From a virus: a stretch of 39,768 bases of DNA. How positions within the stretch are numbered: the stretch's first letter is position 1; every line of letters begins with the position of its first letter. The DNA lies in IMG/VR virus record IMGVR_UViG_3300011270_000004, positions 1 to 39,768 of that record, one strand, 5' to 3'. A program made the translations under genes and the position numbers. The notes beneath the pieces were generated by a model. It was not told the origin of the DNA and did not search any database. It worked only from the letters and a program-made list of their open reading frames with translations. Shown one piece after another: positions 24,870-32,392 of the stretch.

Positions 24870-25337
24870 TCATACGTTATTGCTCTTACTATTGTCTTTG
24901 CTTAAAGCAGATGTTGCTTGAGCTTGAGACATCACATTAAGCAGTAATTGAAGTTGCGCTTGTTGCTGGGGTGTTGCATTGATTAATGCTTCTTTATCAG
25001 CCTCAGCTTTTATCTTAGCATTAAATGAAGCATCTTCATTTTCTTGATCCATTAAATCTGGGAAATATATACGCTGCCAGCGTTGTGCGATACCTGGATT
25101 AATGCCTTCGCATTCAAGATATCTTTTACCAATTAGTGCCATTGCTTGCTCATAATAGGGTAAGAATTCAGCACACTTTTTATATAAGTCTTTAAAGTCT
25201 CTTCGGCTAATACCTTTTTCTAGAACATACCAATGAGATAAATGAGTAGGATTGTTTTGTGTAACCCATTTTATCATTTCCTCACCTAATTCAATCATTT
25301 CTGGGGGTGATGGGCTTATAGTTCTAGGTCTTACCAT
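24870..25337 (-). CDS. terS: Terminase small subunit.
   Basis: Track ORF, 155 aa, upstream of terL. The N-terminal region VRPRTISPSPPEMIELGEEMIKWV plus an HTH-like region is typical of small terminases (recalled from memory). Confidence 0.6.
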   Translation of the reverse strand: MVRPRTISPSPPEMIELGEEMIKWVTQNNPTHLSHWYVLEKGISRRDFKDLYKKCAEFLPYYEQAMALIGKRYLECEGINPGIAQRWQRIYFPDLMDQENEDASFNAKIKAEADKEALINATPQQQAQLQLLLNVMSQAQATSALSKDNSKSNNV

Positions 25338-25340
25338 ATG

Positions 25341-25532
25341 TTACTCATGTGCTTTTTTTGCTCTAGATTTTAGATTTTTGGAAGCGCTTTTTGCTTCTTT
25401 TTCTTCAATTTTATGATGTTTCAGCTTCTTTTTATCATGATGTTTTCGATCTGAAGCTTCTTCTTCTTTATAATGTTTAGCATCTTTAGAGAGTGCTTTA
25501 GATGCTTTTTCCATAATTTTCTTGTGAGACAT
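25341..25532 (-). CDS. Lys/His-rich small protein.
   Basis: Track ORF, 63 aa (…KHHDKKKLKHHKIEEKEAK…). It is the first gene of the leftward late block. Confidence 0.5.
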   Translation of the reverse strand: MSHKKIMEKASKALSKDAKHYKEEEASDRKHHDKKKLKHHKIEEKEAKSASKNLKSRAKKAHE

Positions 25533-25594
25533 ATAAATCCAATATTTAAATTGATAAATTTGACTGTAAACAATTTCTTTTTTTATGAAAAGAA

Positions 25595-25624
25595 TTGTTT
25601 TTTAATATGATATCATGCTATCAT
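25595..25624 (+). promoter_or_regulatory. Sigma70-like promoter for the 25725..26208 operon, overlapped by palindromes.
   Basis: TTGTTT, an 18-nt spacer, then TATCAT. The palindromes ATGATATCAT (25607..25616) and ATCATGAT (25620..25627) overlap the spacer and the -10 element. Confidence 0.4.
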
Positions 25625-25724
25625 GATGTCATAACAAGTACGCGATTATGAGATACGTTACGAACGGTCTGCAAAAAGCTGGAAAATTAGAGATAAAAAA
25701 ACAAAAACAAATAGAGGAAATCAT

Positions 25725-26039
25725 ATGTATATAGAAGATATTATAAAAATATTAAAAGAAAAACACAAAAATCAAGCGCTTTTTTATTATCGAGATACGA
25801 TGTTTTATACAGATGATCAGTTTAAAGATTATTGTCAAATTGATCCTTTACCTTTTTTACGAAAAGAGGACTTTGAGTTAACTGAAAATATGACATCAAT
25901 TTCAACTCATGTATATAGAGGAATTTATGTACAATATTTTCGTGTTTTTACAAAAGAAGAATACGAATTAGTCAAAAATCTGCCAGAATTTAATGCTAAG
26001 AAATCAGCTTATACTTATCCATTAAAAGAGGCGTTTTAA
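25725..26039 (+). CDS. Hypothetical protein.
   Basis: Track ORF, 104 aa, with SD AGAGGA. Confidence 0.5.
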   Translation: MYIEDIIKILKEKHKNQALFYYRDTMFYTDDQFKDYCQIDPLPFLRKEDFELTENMTSISTHVYRGIYVQYFRVFTKEEYELVKNLPEFNAKKSAYTYPLKEAF

Positions 26040-26040
26040 T

Positions 26041-26208
26041 ATGAATTATGACAATGATAAATTGAAAACAAAAAAGACTAAAGTGATTCCCCTCCGATTT
26101 TCGGAGGGTTTGCATACTGAAATGAAAATTTATGTCGCGAAAAATAAGACATCAATTCAACAACTAATTTTAAAGCTCATACAGCGAGAATTGAACGAAC
26201 AGATATAG
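26041..26208 (+). CDS. Ribbon-helix-helix (Arc/CopG-like) DNA-binding protein (55 aa, below the track cutoff).
   Basis: Hand-translated: MNYDNDKLKTKKTKVIPLRFSEGLHTEMKIYVAKNKTSIQQLILKLIQRELNEQI*. It has the beta-strand/helix/helix RHH pattern and starts 1 nt after the upstream stop. Confidence 0.55.
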   Translation: MNYDNDKLKTKKTKVIPLRFSEGLHTEMKIYVAKNKTSIQQLILKLIQRELNEQI

Positions 26209-26218
26209 AGATTTGGGC

Positions 26219-26425
26219 TTATTTCTTTTTCTTGATATGAGCGCCAGATTTTCTCGCTTGATTTAGTGCTGCTGCAATCGCTTGAGATTTTTTATGTCCC
26301 GAAACTTCCATTTCTTTGATATTTTCACCAATAACTTTCTTGCTTTTACCATGTTTTAGAGGCATATATATTCCTTTAATTGAATTATCCGGAAATTCCG
26401 GATAGTTAATAATATTGATTTTCAC
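26219..26425 (-). CDS. Small basic protein. The conserved core starts at the internal Met (26365).
   Basis: Track ORF, 68 aa. MPLKHGKSKKVIGENIKEMEVSGHKKSQAIAAALNQARKSGA resembles a widespread small bacterial/phage family (DUF6496-like), recalled from memory. Confidence 0.5.
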   Translation of the reverse strand: MKINIINYPEFPDNSIKGIYMPLKHGKSKKVIGENIKEMEVSGHKKSQAIAAALNQARKSGAHIKKKK

Positions 26426-26727
26426 AAGCCTATCATGTGAATTAGAAACGAAAAGGAAATGACAAGAGTGAAAAATAAAAATATCATCACCAAAAATTCT
26501 ACCAATAAGTTCTTATCATTTAGTCGCATAGAAGATAAACCATGAGAAGTATACTTAAAAAAAACAAGATAAGGCCGAGTGCAATGATAGATGATTTCAT
26601 GGTTTATCCTTTGTTATATCCTCAAATTTTTTCTTGATAATTCTAATTGCATGATTTAATAATTTTGTCGACAAAAGTTCTAAAAAATTGGAGAGTTTTA
26701 GGACCGTTCGAGCATAAAAATATATGA

Positions 26728-26931
26728 TCATGTTTTGTCTCTATATAGATATTCCAAGAATATTTTATCGTACATATTCATCAATTCTGAAAGAATTGTT
26801 ATTTTTATCACTTCATCCCTTCGAAAATCGGGATCAACGATCATTGAGATATTTTCTGATTCAATCAATTTATGATTCATATCTTCATAAAATTTCTGTA
26901 TTTTGGCTATAAATTTGGGATCGTCTGACAT
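26728..26931 (-). CDS. Hypothetical protein.
   Basis: Track ORF, 67 aa, overlapping the rusA stop by 25 nt on the same strand. Confidence 0.45.
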   Translation of the reverse strand: MSDDPKFIAKIQKFYEDMNHKLIESENISMIVDPDFRRDEVIKITILSELMNMYDKIFLEYLYRDKT

Positions 26932-27596
26932 AACTTACCATCTTTAACTTTTTTAGAAACTTTTTTAATTTTCTCATCATAAGTGATGCAAAATTCAGCA
27001 ATAGATTTAGAAACAGCTTCAAGTGATGTTCCTGGATTGTCTAAAAGTATTTCCGACTCTAATAAGTTCCCAATTTTCTTAGCATCTTTTAAAAAAGATT
27101 GCATTTCATTTGGTGAAAAACATTCGAGAACTTTTATCCATTCGTCGCCGATTTCAAAAGTTGATTTTGGCATAATGAATATCTCCGTTTGAGGGGTTTC
27201 TGAATAAAGTTTTCTTGCATATAAATTTGTGATCACATAATCATCTTCCCAAAGTACATCATTACCACAATCTAAATAAAACTTCGCTAGATTATCGATG
27301 TCTGGTTTTTTGATATGATGTTCGAAATTCCATAAGAGTCTATTAACATTAGAGGACTTAGGAGGTAAAAAATAAAAAGTTAAAAAAACAACCAGAGCTT
27401 TTGATTGATATGTTTCTTCATATTGCTCGCGATCATTAAGTTTATAATGCATCAAACTTAATTTCATCTGTTGAGCTACCTGTTTTTTCTTTGCACTTTG
27501 CGGATCATAGGTTATCGCAAATTTCCCGCGCAAGGTGTGACGTGCACGCATTTTTGGAACCGGCTGACCGTCGATTATTATTCTCATCATACGCAA
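26907..27596 (-). CDS. rusA: RusA-family Holliday-junction resolvase with a C-terminal extension of about 80 aa.
   Basis: Track ORF, 229 aa. IIIDGQPVPKMRARH...KKPDIDNLAKFYLDCGNDVLWEDDYVITNLYARKLY matches the RusA core motifs. Confidence 0.7.
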   Translation of the reverse strand: MRMMRIIIDGQPVPKMRARHTLRGKFAITYDPQSAKKKQVAQQMKLSLMHYKLNDREQYEETYQSKALVVFLTFYFLPPKSSNVNRLLWNFEHHIKKPDIDNLAKFYLDCGNDVLWEDDYVITNLYARKLYSETPQTEIFIMPKSTFEIGDEWIKVLECFSPNEMQSFLKDAKKIGNLLESEILLDNPGTSLEAVSKSIAEFCITYDEKIKKVSKKVKDGKLCQTIPNL

Positions 27597-27934
27597 CAGC
27601 TTTTATGTGATATGTTATTTCTTCTCAAGGGTGTTAAAGGTCTTTCAGGATTATCCATATATGTGTAGAATTTCTTCAGAAATTCAAACGGGTCTTGGCC
27701 ATAAAAGTTCGCAAGATCAGTAATAAAACTAATATCGGGACCTCTATTTCCGTAAATTCCGTATTCTAAATATGCGACACGATGCCCGCTGCAATCGAGA
27801 AAACTCGCTACATGATCACGAGTAAAACCTAAAGTTTGACGAACAATTTTTAGATATTCAGGGAATGAATATTTGTCTTTGTCTTTGATGACTTGATTGA
27901 GTTTAACTCTATACAATTCTTGTTGATAGCTCAT
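27587..27934 (-). CDS. XRE-type helix-turn-helix protein.
   Basis: Track ORF, 115 aa. LKIVRQTLGFTRDHVASFLDCSGHRVAYLEYG is an HTH_3-like segment. Confidence 0.55.
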   Translation of the reverse strand: MSYQQELYRVKLNQVIKDKDKYSFPEYLKIVRQTLGFTRDHVASFLDCSGHRVAYLEYGIYGNRGPDISFITDLANFYGQDPFEFLKKFYTYMDNPERPLTPLRRNNISHKSCCV

Positions 27935-28980
27935 ATGAACTCCTTTTCATATCTTTCTATGAATAAGTTAATTTTTTCTTCGAATTTAGGATCATCTAGA
28001 TTTATCGTTATAGTTTGTCCGTTTTTAAGGTCCATTTTTACTTTATCTGCTAATATTAGATAGAATTTTGCTGGTACAGGTTTTAGCTTCATATAAGAAG
28101 TGTGCGTATTTCTATCTATAATGTCTTGTCTCTGCTTATCTTTAATTTTTGCATTATCTTCAATTGGAGCAATTTTAGATTCGGTCAGTATAGTGGTAGC
28201 ATGTTTGAATAGATTCGATGGTGTAAGCGTCCTGGAGGCCCAAAAAGGATGGCTTTGAGATATTGATATCAATTCATGTATCTCTTCCCAGGTCCGATCA
28301 AGATGAAACTTCAAAAATTCAACGCACCACTTTTTCTGTTTATCAAGCGATAGTTTAAATTTGGGATCTTTCTGTTTGATTTTCGAGAGAAAAAAAGACA
28401 CACACTCAGAAGCGAATTTTTCATCTTCGGTTGTTTCACAATTTGAGAGGGTCGGGTGTGTATCTTCTTTAGGTTCTTTCTTAGGTTCTTTATATGTATG
28501 CGCTCTAGGTTCAGTTTGCCCTTTTGGCATATCCAGTTTGCCCTTTTGGCATATCCAGTTTGCCCTTTTGGACAAACTAGAATCATTTTTTGAAAATGTC
28601 TGAAAAATCTCTAGAACAGCATCATCTATAATGCGAAAATGTCGGGTGGCGGGAATACCAAAGACCACGACTTCTATTAAGCCTAGTCTTTTCAAATTGT
28701 TGATGGCCGTTCTCATTTCTTTGTCGGTCAAACCTGTTCTTTCCGTAATTTTTACATGGGAAGCATAAATCCATCCGTCGCCGTATCTCTCATTAGAAAT
28801 AAGATTATCTAAATTATAACTGCGAATTTCGATCAATTCTGAAAGCAATACAGCTTCAATGCAGCCTATTTTTCTGGCTAGGATTCTGTTATAAGTTCCA
28901 TAATTTCTTTGATTAAGAAAATGTAGTGGATCGAAATTATTCGTTTGATGTAAATTGGACGATGAAGTACTATGATACAT
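27931..28980 (-). CDS. Replication initiator (lambda-O / DnaD-like organiser).
   Basis: Track ORF, 349 aa. It has an N-terminal winged-helix-like region (ILARKIGCIEAVLLSELI...ITERTGLTDKEMRTAINNLKRLGLIEV), contains internal 22-bp direct repeats, and lies next to an iteron array. Confidence 0.6.
   Translation of the reverse strand: MYHSTSSSNLHQTNNFDPLHFLNQRNYGTYNRILARKIGCIEAVLLSELIEIRSYNLDNLISNERYGDGWIYASHVKITERTGLTDKEMRTAINNLKRLGLIEVVVFGIPATRHFRIIDDAVLEIFQTFSKNDSSLSKRANWICQKGKLDMPKGQTEPRAHTYKEPKKEPKEDTHPTLSNCETTEDEKFASECVSFFLSKIKQKDPKFKLSLDKQKKWCVEFLKFHLDRTWEEIHELISISQSHPFWASRTLTPSNLFKHATTILTESKIAPIEDNAKIKDKQRQDIIDRNTHTSYMKLKPVPAKFYLILADKVKMDLKNGQTITINLDDPKFEEKINLFIERYEKEFI
28512..28577. repeat. 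Three tandem 22-bp direct repeats inside the initiator gene (iteron-like).
   Basis: cagtttgcccttttggcatatc occurs twice exactly, followed by cagtttgcccttttggacaaac. The 22-nt period is not a multiple of 3. Confidence 0.85.
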
Positions 28981-28996
28981 GTCTAAGTCCTTTCTT

Positions 28997-29028
28997 TAGC
29001 CCCGAATCTTACGGGGCTATTTTTTTTT
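28997..29028 (+). terminator. Intrinsic-terminator-like hairpin with a T9 tract, plus-strand orientation.
   Basis: TAGCCCCG-aatctta-CGGGGCTA followed by ttttttttt. Confidence 0.5.
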
Positions 29029-29164
29029 CTGATGTTTTTTGATATATTCGAGATGATAACAGCCATACAGCCCTTTATCAAAATTTGACAATTTATTTTT
29101 TTAGAAAAAAGTTCGTGGAAAATTTCTTGTGGGAAATAGTTTGAAGGGTTATGTTTGGTGTATG

Positions 29165-29307
29165 AGGTCATTATAAGATTCCTTTGAGAGGTCATTATAA
29201 GATTCTTTTGCTAGGTTTTTATAAGATTCTTTTGCTAGGTTTTTATAAGATTCTTTTGCTAGGTTTTTATAAGATTCTTTTGCTAGGTTTTTATAGATCT
29301 TTTAGAG
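29165..29307. repeat. Iteron array: five 24-bp direct repeats plus one degenerate copy (putative origin).
   Basis: aggtcattataagattcctttgag, aggtcattataagattcttttgct, then aggtttttataagattcttttgct three times, then a degenerate aggtttttatagatcttttagag. The copies are contiguous with no spacers. Confidence 0.85.
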
Positions 29308-29329
29308 ATTGTCATTGATCTCGCTCTTT

Positions 29330-29373
29330 GGGGATAAGAAGAGTTGGTTCTCCCCTCTTATCCCCGCCTTTTT
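29330..29373 (+). terminator. Intrinsic-terminator-like hairpin with a T5 tract, plus-strand orientation.
   Basis: GGGGATAAGA, a 16-nt loop, TCTTATCCCC, then gccttttt. Confidence 0.45.
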
Positions 29374-29408
29374 GTTATTCGTTCATTAGTCACAACATAA
29401 TCGTTCGG

Positions 29409-29693
29409 TTAATTAGAGACAATATCTTTTTTGACATCTATTTGTTTTTGTGATAAAGTTCTCAACCGTCTTTTCAATGGCAATTGACAATGAGGGCAAA
29501 TTTTGTTTGGGGGCGGTTTTATTTTAACTTCTCCATTTGTGAATTCTTTGATTTTATCACATAATGAAGGTCTAGCCATACATTTGCCTTGCATAATTTT
29601 ATGTAAAGTCTGATAATGACAACCAATCTTGCTAGCAAACCATCTGATACTTCGTTGTTCTCGTATTAAATATTCTTTTAAATCCATAAACAC
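29409..29693 (-). CDS. Cro/CI-like HTH transcriptional regulator with a C-terminal CxxC.
   Basis: Track ORF, 94 aa. IRWFASKIGCHYQTLHKIMQG is the HTH. It is the first gene of the leftward block, divergent from the early rightward promoter. Confidence 0.55.
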   Translation of the reverse strand: MFMDLKEYLIREQRSIRWFASKIGCHYQTLHKIMQGKCMARPSLCDKIKEFTNGEVKIKPPPNKICPHCQLPLKRRLRTLSQKQIDVKKDIVSN

Positions 29694-29770
29694 CTCTTTT
29701 TCAGCCGTATATTACATTGAAGTGTTTTTTTAAGGCAATGTGTATTTTGTCACAAACACAAACAGTCGTG

Positions 29771-29799
29771 TTGACAAAAAATATCACCATGTGTTATAT
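29771..29799 (+). promoter_or_regulatory. Sigma70-like early rightward promoter.
   Basis: TTGACA (29771..29776), a 17-nt spacer, then TTATAT (29794..29799). It lies about 100 nt upstream of the first rightward gene. Confidence 0.55.
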
Positions 29800-29900
29800 T
29801 TTGTTCATATCAAGTACGTGATTAACGCCCAGGGCTACGAGCGGGGTTGCTAAAACAGGAAAGATATAACAAATAAACACAATTTAAGGAGAACCAAAAC

Positions 29901-30110
29901 ATGAACATTTACGTTAATCCACCAAATCAATGCGAGCTTTGCAAATCAAAAGTCATAAGCCGTTTTATAGATGCAAAAACAATAATGGGAACTTGGGCCA
30001 ACATGTGTATCAATTGCTATGCAACTTATGGGACATTTGAGCCTGAATACACAAACGAATATGTAAAAACCGATCAAGGATTCGAATGTACAAAGTCAGG
30101 GAGGATTTGA
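29901..30110 (+). CDS. Small zinc-ribbon protein.
   Basis: Track ORF, 69 aa, with SD AAGGAG and CELC...CINC motifs. Confidence 0.55.
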   Translation: MNIYVNPPNQCELCKSKVISRFIDAKTIMGTWANMCINCYATYGTFEPEYTNEYVKTDQGFECTKSGRI

Positions 30111-30112
30111 AC

Positions 30113-30430
30113 ATGCAATATGACCTATGGAAAACAGGATATTACGAAGATATTTATGATGATGCAAAGCCAATATGCTATGAATGCAGAGAAAAAGAAC
30201 AGACATTTGATCAAGCACAAGACTTTTTGGAAGAGATTGTAAAGCAGCTTTACATTGCTAAATCATTTGACAAAGAACATTTTGAATTTGCGTTGCAGGA
30301 ATTATGTCACTTACTTAAAGTGGCTTTACCAGATAAAGACTTAAATGTGCTACCAAAACCAACCAAAATCTATCAAATTGGTAATTGGATTGAAGCAAAC
30401 AATATATTTTTGAAAAATCTAACAAAATAA
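30113..30430 (+). CDS. Hypothetical protein. The start is moved to the ATG at 30113.
   Basis: In frame with track ORF 30086..30430. The SD GGGAGGA lies 7 nt upstream, and this start avoids overlap with the previous gene. Confidence 0.5.
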   Translation: MQYDLWKTGYYEDIYDDAKPICYECREKEQTFDQAQDFLEEIVKQLYIAKSFDKEHFEFALQELCHLLKVALPDKDLNVLPKPTKIYQIGNWIEANNIFLKNLTK

Positions 30431-30441
30431 GGAGAAAAACA

Positions 30442-31251
30442 ATGAGTTTTTTACCAGAAAATTATGAATCACCAAGCACCTCAAACTTTTATATGAAAAT
30501 ACAGGATGGAGAAAATAGAATTCGAATTCTTAGCCGCCCGATAATAGGATGGGAGGATTGGCAGGAAAAAAAACCAATACGTTTTAAAATGGAAGAAAAA
30601 CCTGCAAAATCTTTCGACCCTCAAAAACCAGTTCGTCATTTCTGGGCGTTTTTGGTTTACAATTATAATGATTTGAGAATTCAGATATTGCAAATCACCC
30701 AGGCAACGATAAGATCTTCTATAGAAGGTTTGAGCAAAGATAAGGATTGGGGCGCTCCATATGAATATGATCTAAAGATTCTTCGGTCAGGGGAAGGAAA
30801 AGAAACTAAATACATAGTTAATCCTGTGCCTCATAAACCAATGGATGCATCTATTATAGACCTGTTTTACGAACATCCATGCAATCTAGAGGCATTATTT
30901 ACAAATGAAGACCCTTTTGCCCCACACTGGGAAAAATATAGCAAATTAGGCATACATGATAAAGATGAGCCCAAACTTACAGACATATCGAATAAGGGAA
31001 ACCCTATTAATTTGACTATATCTCAAGACCAATCCAATGAATTGATTAGGATTCTAAGTACATGTGACGACGAATATGTTAAAACACTTTGGGATTCGCT
31101 CAAAAAGCAAAATATAACATCCGTTTCACAAATACCGCGCAATCTTTTCAACAGAATAAAAAAGGCTGCTATCAACAATCAGAAAAGAGGTGAAAATCAC
31201 ATCGATAACCTATTCCCGATAAATTCAAGTGATCAATTGGCTTTGGTGTAA
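30442..31251 (+). CDS. Putative ssDNA-binding / recombination-associated protein.
   Basis: Track ORF, 269 aa. NRIRILSRPIIGWEDW...RHFWAFLVYNYNDLRIQILQITQATI...DWGAPYEYDLKILRSGEGKETKYIVNPVP resembles a phage OB-fold SSB family, recalled from memory. Confidence 0.45.
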   Translation: MSFLPENYESPSTSNFYMKIQDGENRIRILSRPIIGWEDWQEKKPIRFKMEEKPAKSFDPQKPVRHFWAFLVYNYNDLRIQILQITQATIRSSIEGLSKDKDWGAPYEYDLKILRSGEGKETKYIVNPVPHKPMDASIIDLFYEHPCNLEALFTNEDPFAPHWEKYSKLGIHDKDEPKLTDISNKGNPINLTISQDQSNELIRILSTCDDEYVKTLWDSLKKQNITSVSQIPRNLFNRIKKAAINNQKRGENHIDNLFPINSSDQLALV

Positions 31252-31442
31252 TGAGACAATCTGAATTTATCATTAAGATTGTAGAAGAAAAATATTCTGA
31301 ATGGTTGGAAATGGCTGGGGAGCAATCCCCTGCCTGTAAAGCAGATTTCCTGGCAGATATATTAGCGTGTCTGTTAGGTAAGGAAATAGAGAAGAATGTA
31401 CATTATAGACAACTTTTAAAAAAAAGAGAGGAACCACTATGA
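31251..31442 (+). CDS. Hypothetical protein.
   Basis: Track ORF, 63 aa, with a TAATG overlap with the upstream gene. Confidence 0.45.
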   Translation: MRQSEFIIKIVEEKYSEWLEMAGEQSPACKADFLADILACLLGKEIEKNVHYRQLLKKREEPL

Positions 31443-31804
31443 CAGCAAAAATACACCGTTTTGAACTCGATGAAATGACAGAACAGGAAAGAGAGTTTTA
31501 CAATCTGTATAAAACAGACGTTAGCAAAAACTTGACACACGAACGATTTGAGATTATAACTGATGAGGAAGCTCTACAAGCAGCACAATCATATAAGAAC
31601 ATACAATATCTTATCAAAGAACAAGAAAGATTGAGGCAGATTTTGATTAAGAAAGCTAATGGGAAAAATTGTATGATTGGAGACTTGACAATAGAAAAAA
31701 GATCCAGGCAAGGAGCTATCGATTATAAGTCAATTCCTGAACTGTTTTTTATAGATTTAGAAAAATATAGGAAAGATTCGTTTGAATATTATGAAATAAG
31801 ATAA
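31439..31804 (+). CDS. Gp157-like (recombination-module) protein, tentative.
   Basis: Track ORF, 121 aa, with a coiled-coil and the C-terminal segment GDLTIEKRSRQGAIDYKSIPEL. The similarity is recalled from memory, not searched. Confidence 0.4.
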   Translation: MTAKIHRFELDEMTEQEREFYNLYKTDVSKNLTHERFEIITDEEALQAAQSYKNIQYLIKEQERLRQILIKKANGKNCMIGDLTIEKRSRQGAIDYKSIPELFFIDLEKYRKDSFEYYEIR

Positions 31805-31811
31805 AAAAAAT

Positions 31812-31841
31812 GGCCGAGTAAGAATGCAAAATTACTCGGCC
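31812..31841. terminator. 10-bp perfect hairpin after 31439..31804 (terminator-like, no T tract).
   Basis: GGCCGAGTAA, a 10-nt loop, TTACTCGGCC, preceded by an A8 run. Confidence 0.35.
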
Positions 31842-31926
31842 ACCAACCAAATTTACTTCTCAATGGAGATTGAGTGATGATCATAGTAATAATTATTATT
31901 TGTAAAAATGTCAAGAGGATTTATCC

Positions 31927-32184
31927 ATGATCCAGCAATTGACATTTTGGAACGAAACACCGCAAGAAAAAATAGAAAAGCGTATGACAGCTTTGGAAGA
32001 GCGAGTCAATAAAACCATACGTAGTCAGTACGCCAAAATTGGCCAGTTAACAAAACAATGTCTTGACTATGAGAATGAACTTGAAATTCTCAAATCTGCA
32101 TTGGTTCGTTGTGGTCTTAGAGTGACTGTAAGAGGGGATACATCGTTTTATATGATTGAATCGAAAAATGAAATATCGATTTAA
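31927..32184 (+). CDS. Hypothetical coiled-coil protein.
   Basis: Track ORF, 85 aa. Confidence 0.45.
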   Translation: MIQQLTFWNETPQEKIEKRMTALEERVNKTIRSQYAKIGQLTKQCLDYENELEILKSALVRCGLRVTVRGDTSFYMIESKNEISI

Positions 32185-32392
32185 GATTGTTTATCAGACA
32201 AAAAATCTAAAAAAAATCTGTGATTTTATGAAAAAATGTGATTTAGATATAGGAATTTTATGTTTTGAAGAAATTTACATGTTTGATGGTAAAGATGACA
32301 TTTCAATTTCACTCATCAAAGAAACATTTAAGAAAGGTTTTCATTTATGTGATTGTCAAATAATACATATAGAAGGAGGAAAAGTAGAATAA
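32168..32392 (+). CDS. Hypothetical protein. The ATG at 32168 is preferred over the TTG at 32156.
   Basis: In frame with track ORF 32156..32392: MKYRFKIVYQ... Confidence 0.4.
   Translation: MKYRFKIVYQTKNLKKICDFMKKCDLDIGILCFEEIYMFDGKDDISISLIKETFKKGFHLCDCQIIHIEGGKVE

Noticed and set aside
24706-24921. Plus-strand track ORF between terL and terS.
   Set aside because: It is on the opposite strand within a tight leftward operon, overlaps the terL start and the terS end, and has no SD.
26426-26727. Very short hydrophobic minus-strand ORFs (about 21-26 aa, e.g. MKSSIIALGLILFFLSILLMVYLLCD) as possible holins or membrane peptides.
   Set aside because: They are too short and lack convincing SD sequences, so they cannot be distinguished from chance ORFs in an AT-rich spacer.
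28311-28603. Track ORFs 28311..28586 (-) and 28361..28603 (+) inside the initiator gene.
   Set aside because: They are nested inside the long initiator ORF. The minus-strand one shares peptide strings with the main ORF (KRANWICQKGKL, PKGQT) in a different frame because it reads the same 22-nt repeats.
28983-29195. Track ORF (70 aa, minus) upstream of the initiator.
   Set aside because: It runs through a strong terminator hairpin and into the iterons, has no SD, and its composition is typical of AT-rich non-coding sequence.
29165-29307. The tandem 24-bp repeats as a CRISPR array.
   Set aside because: The repeats are contiguous with no spacers. There are no cas genes, and the location next to an initiator fits iterons.
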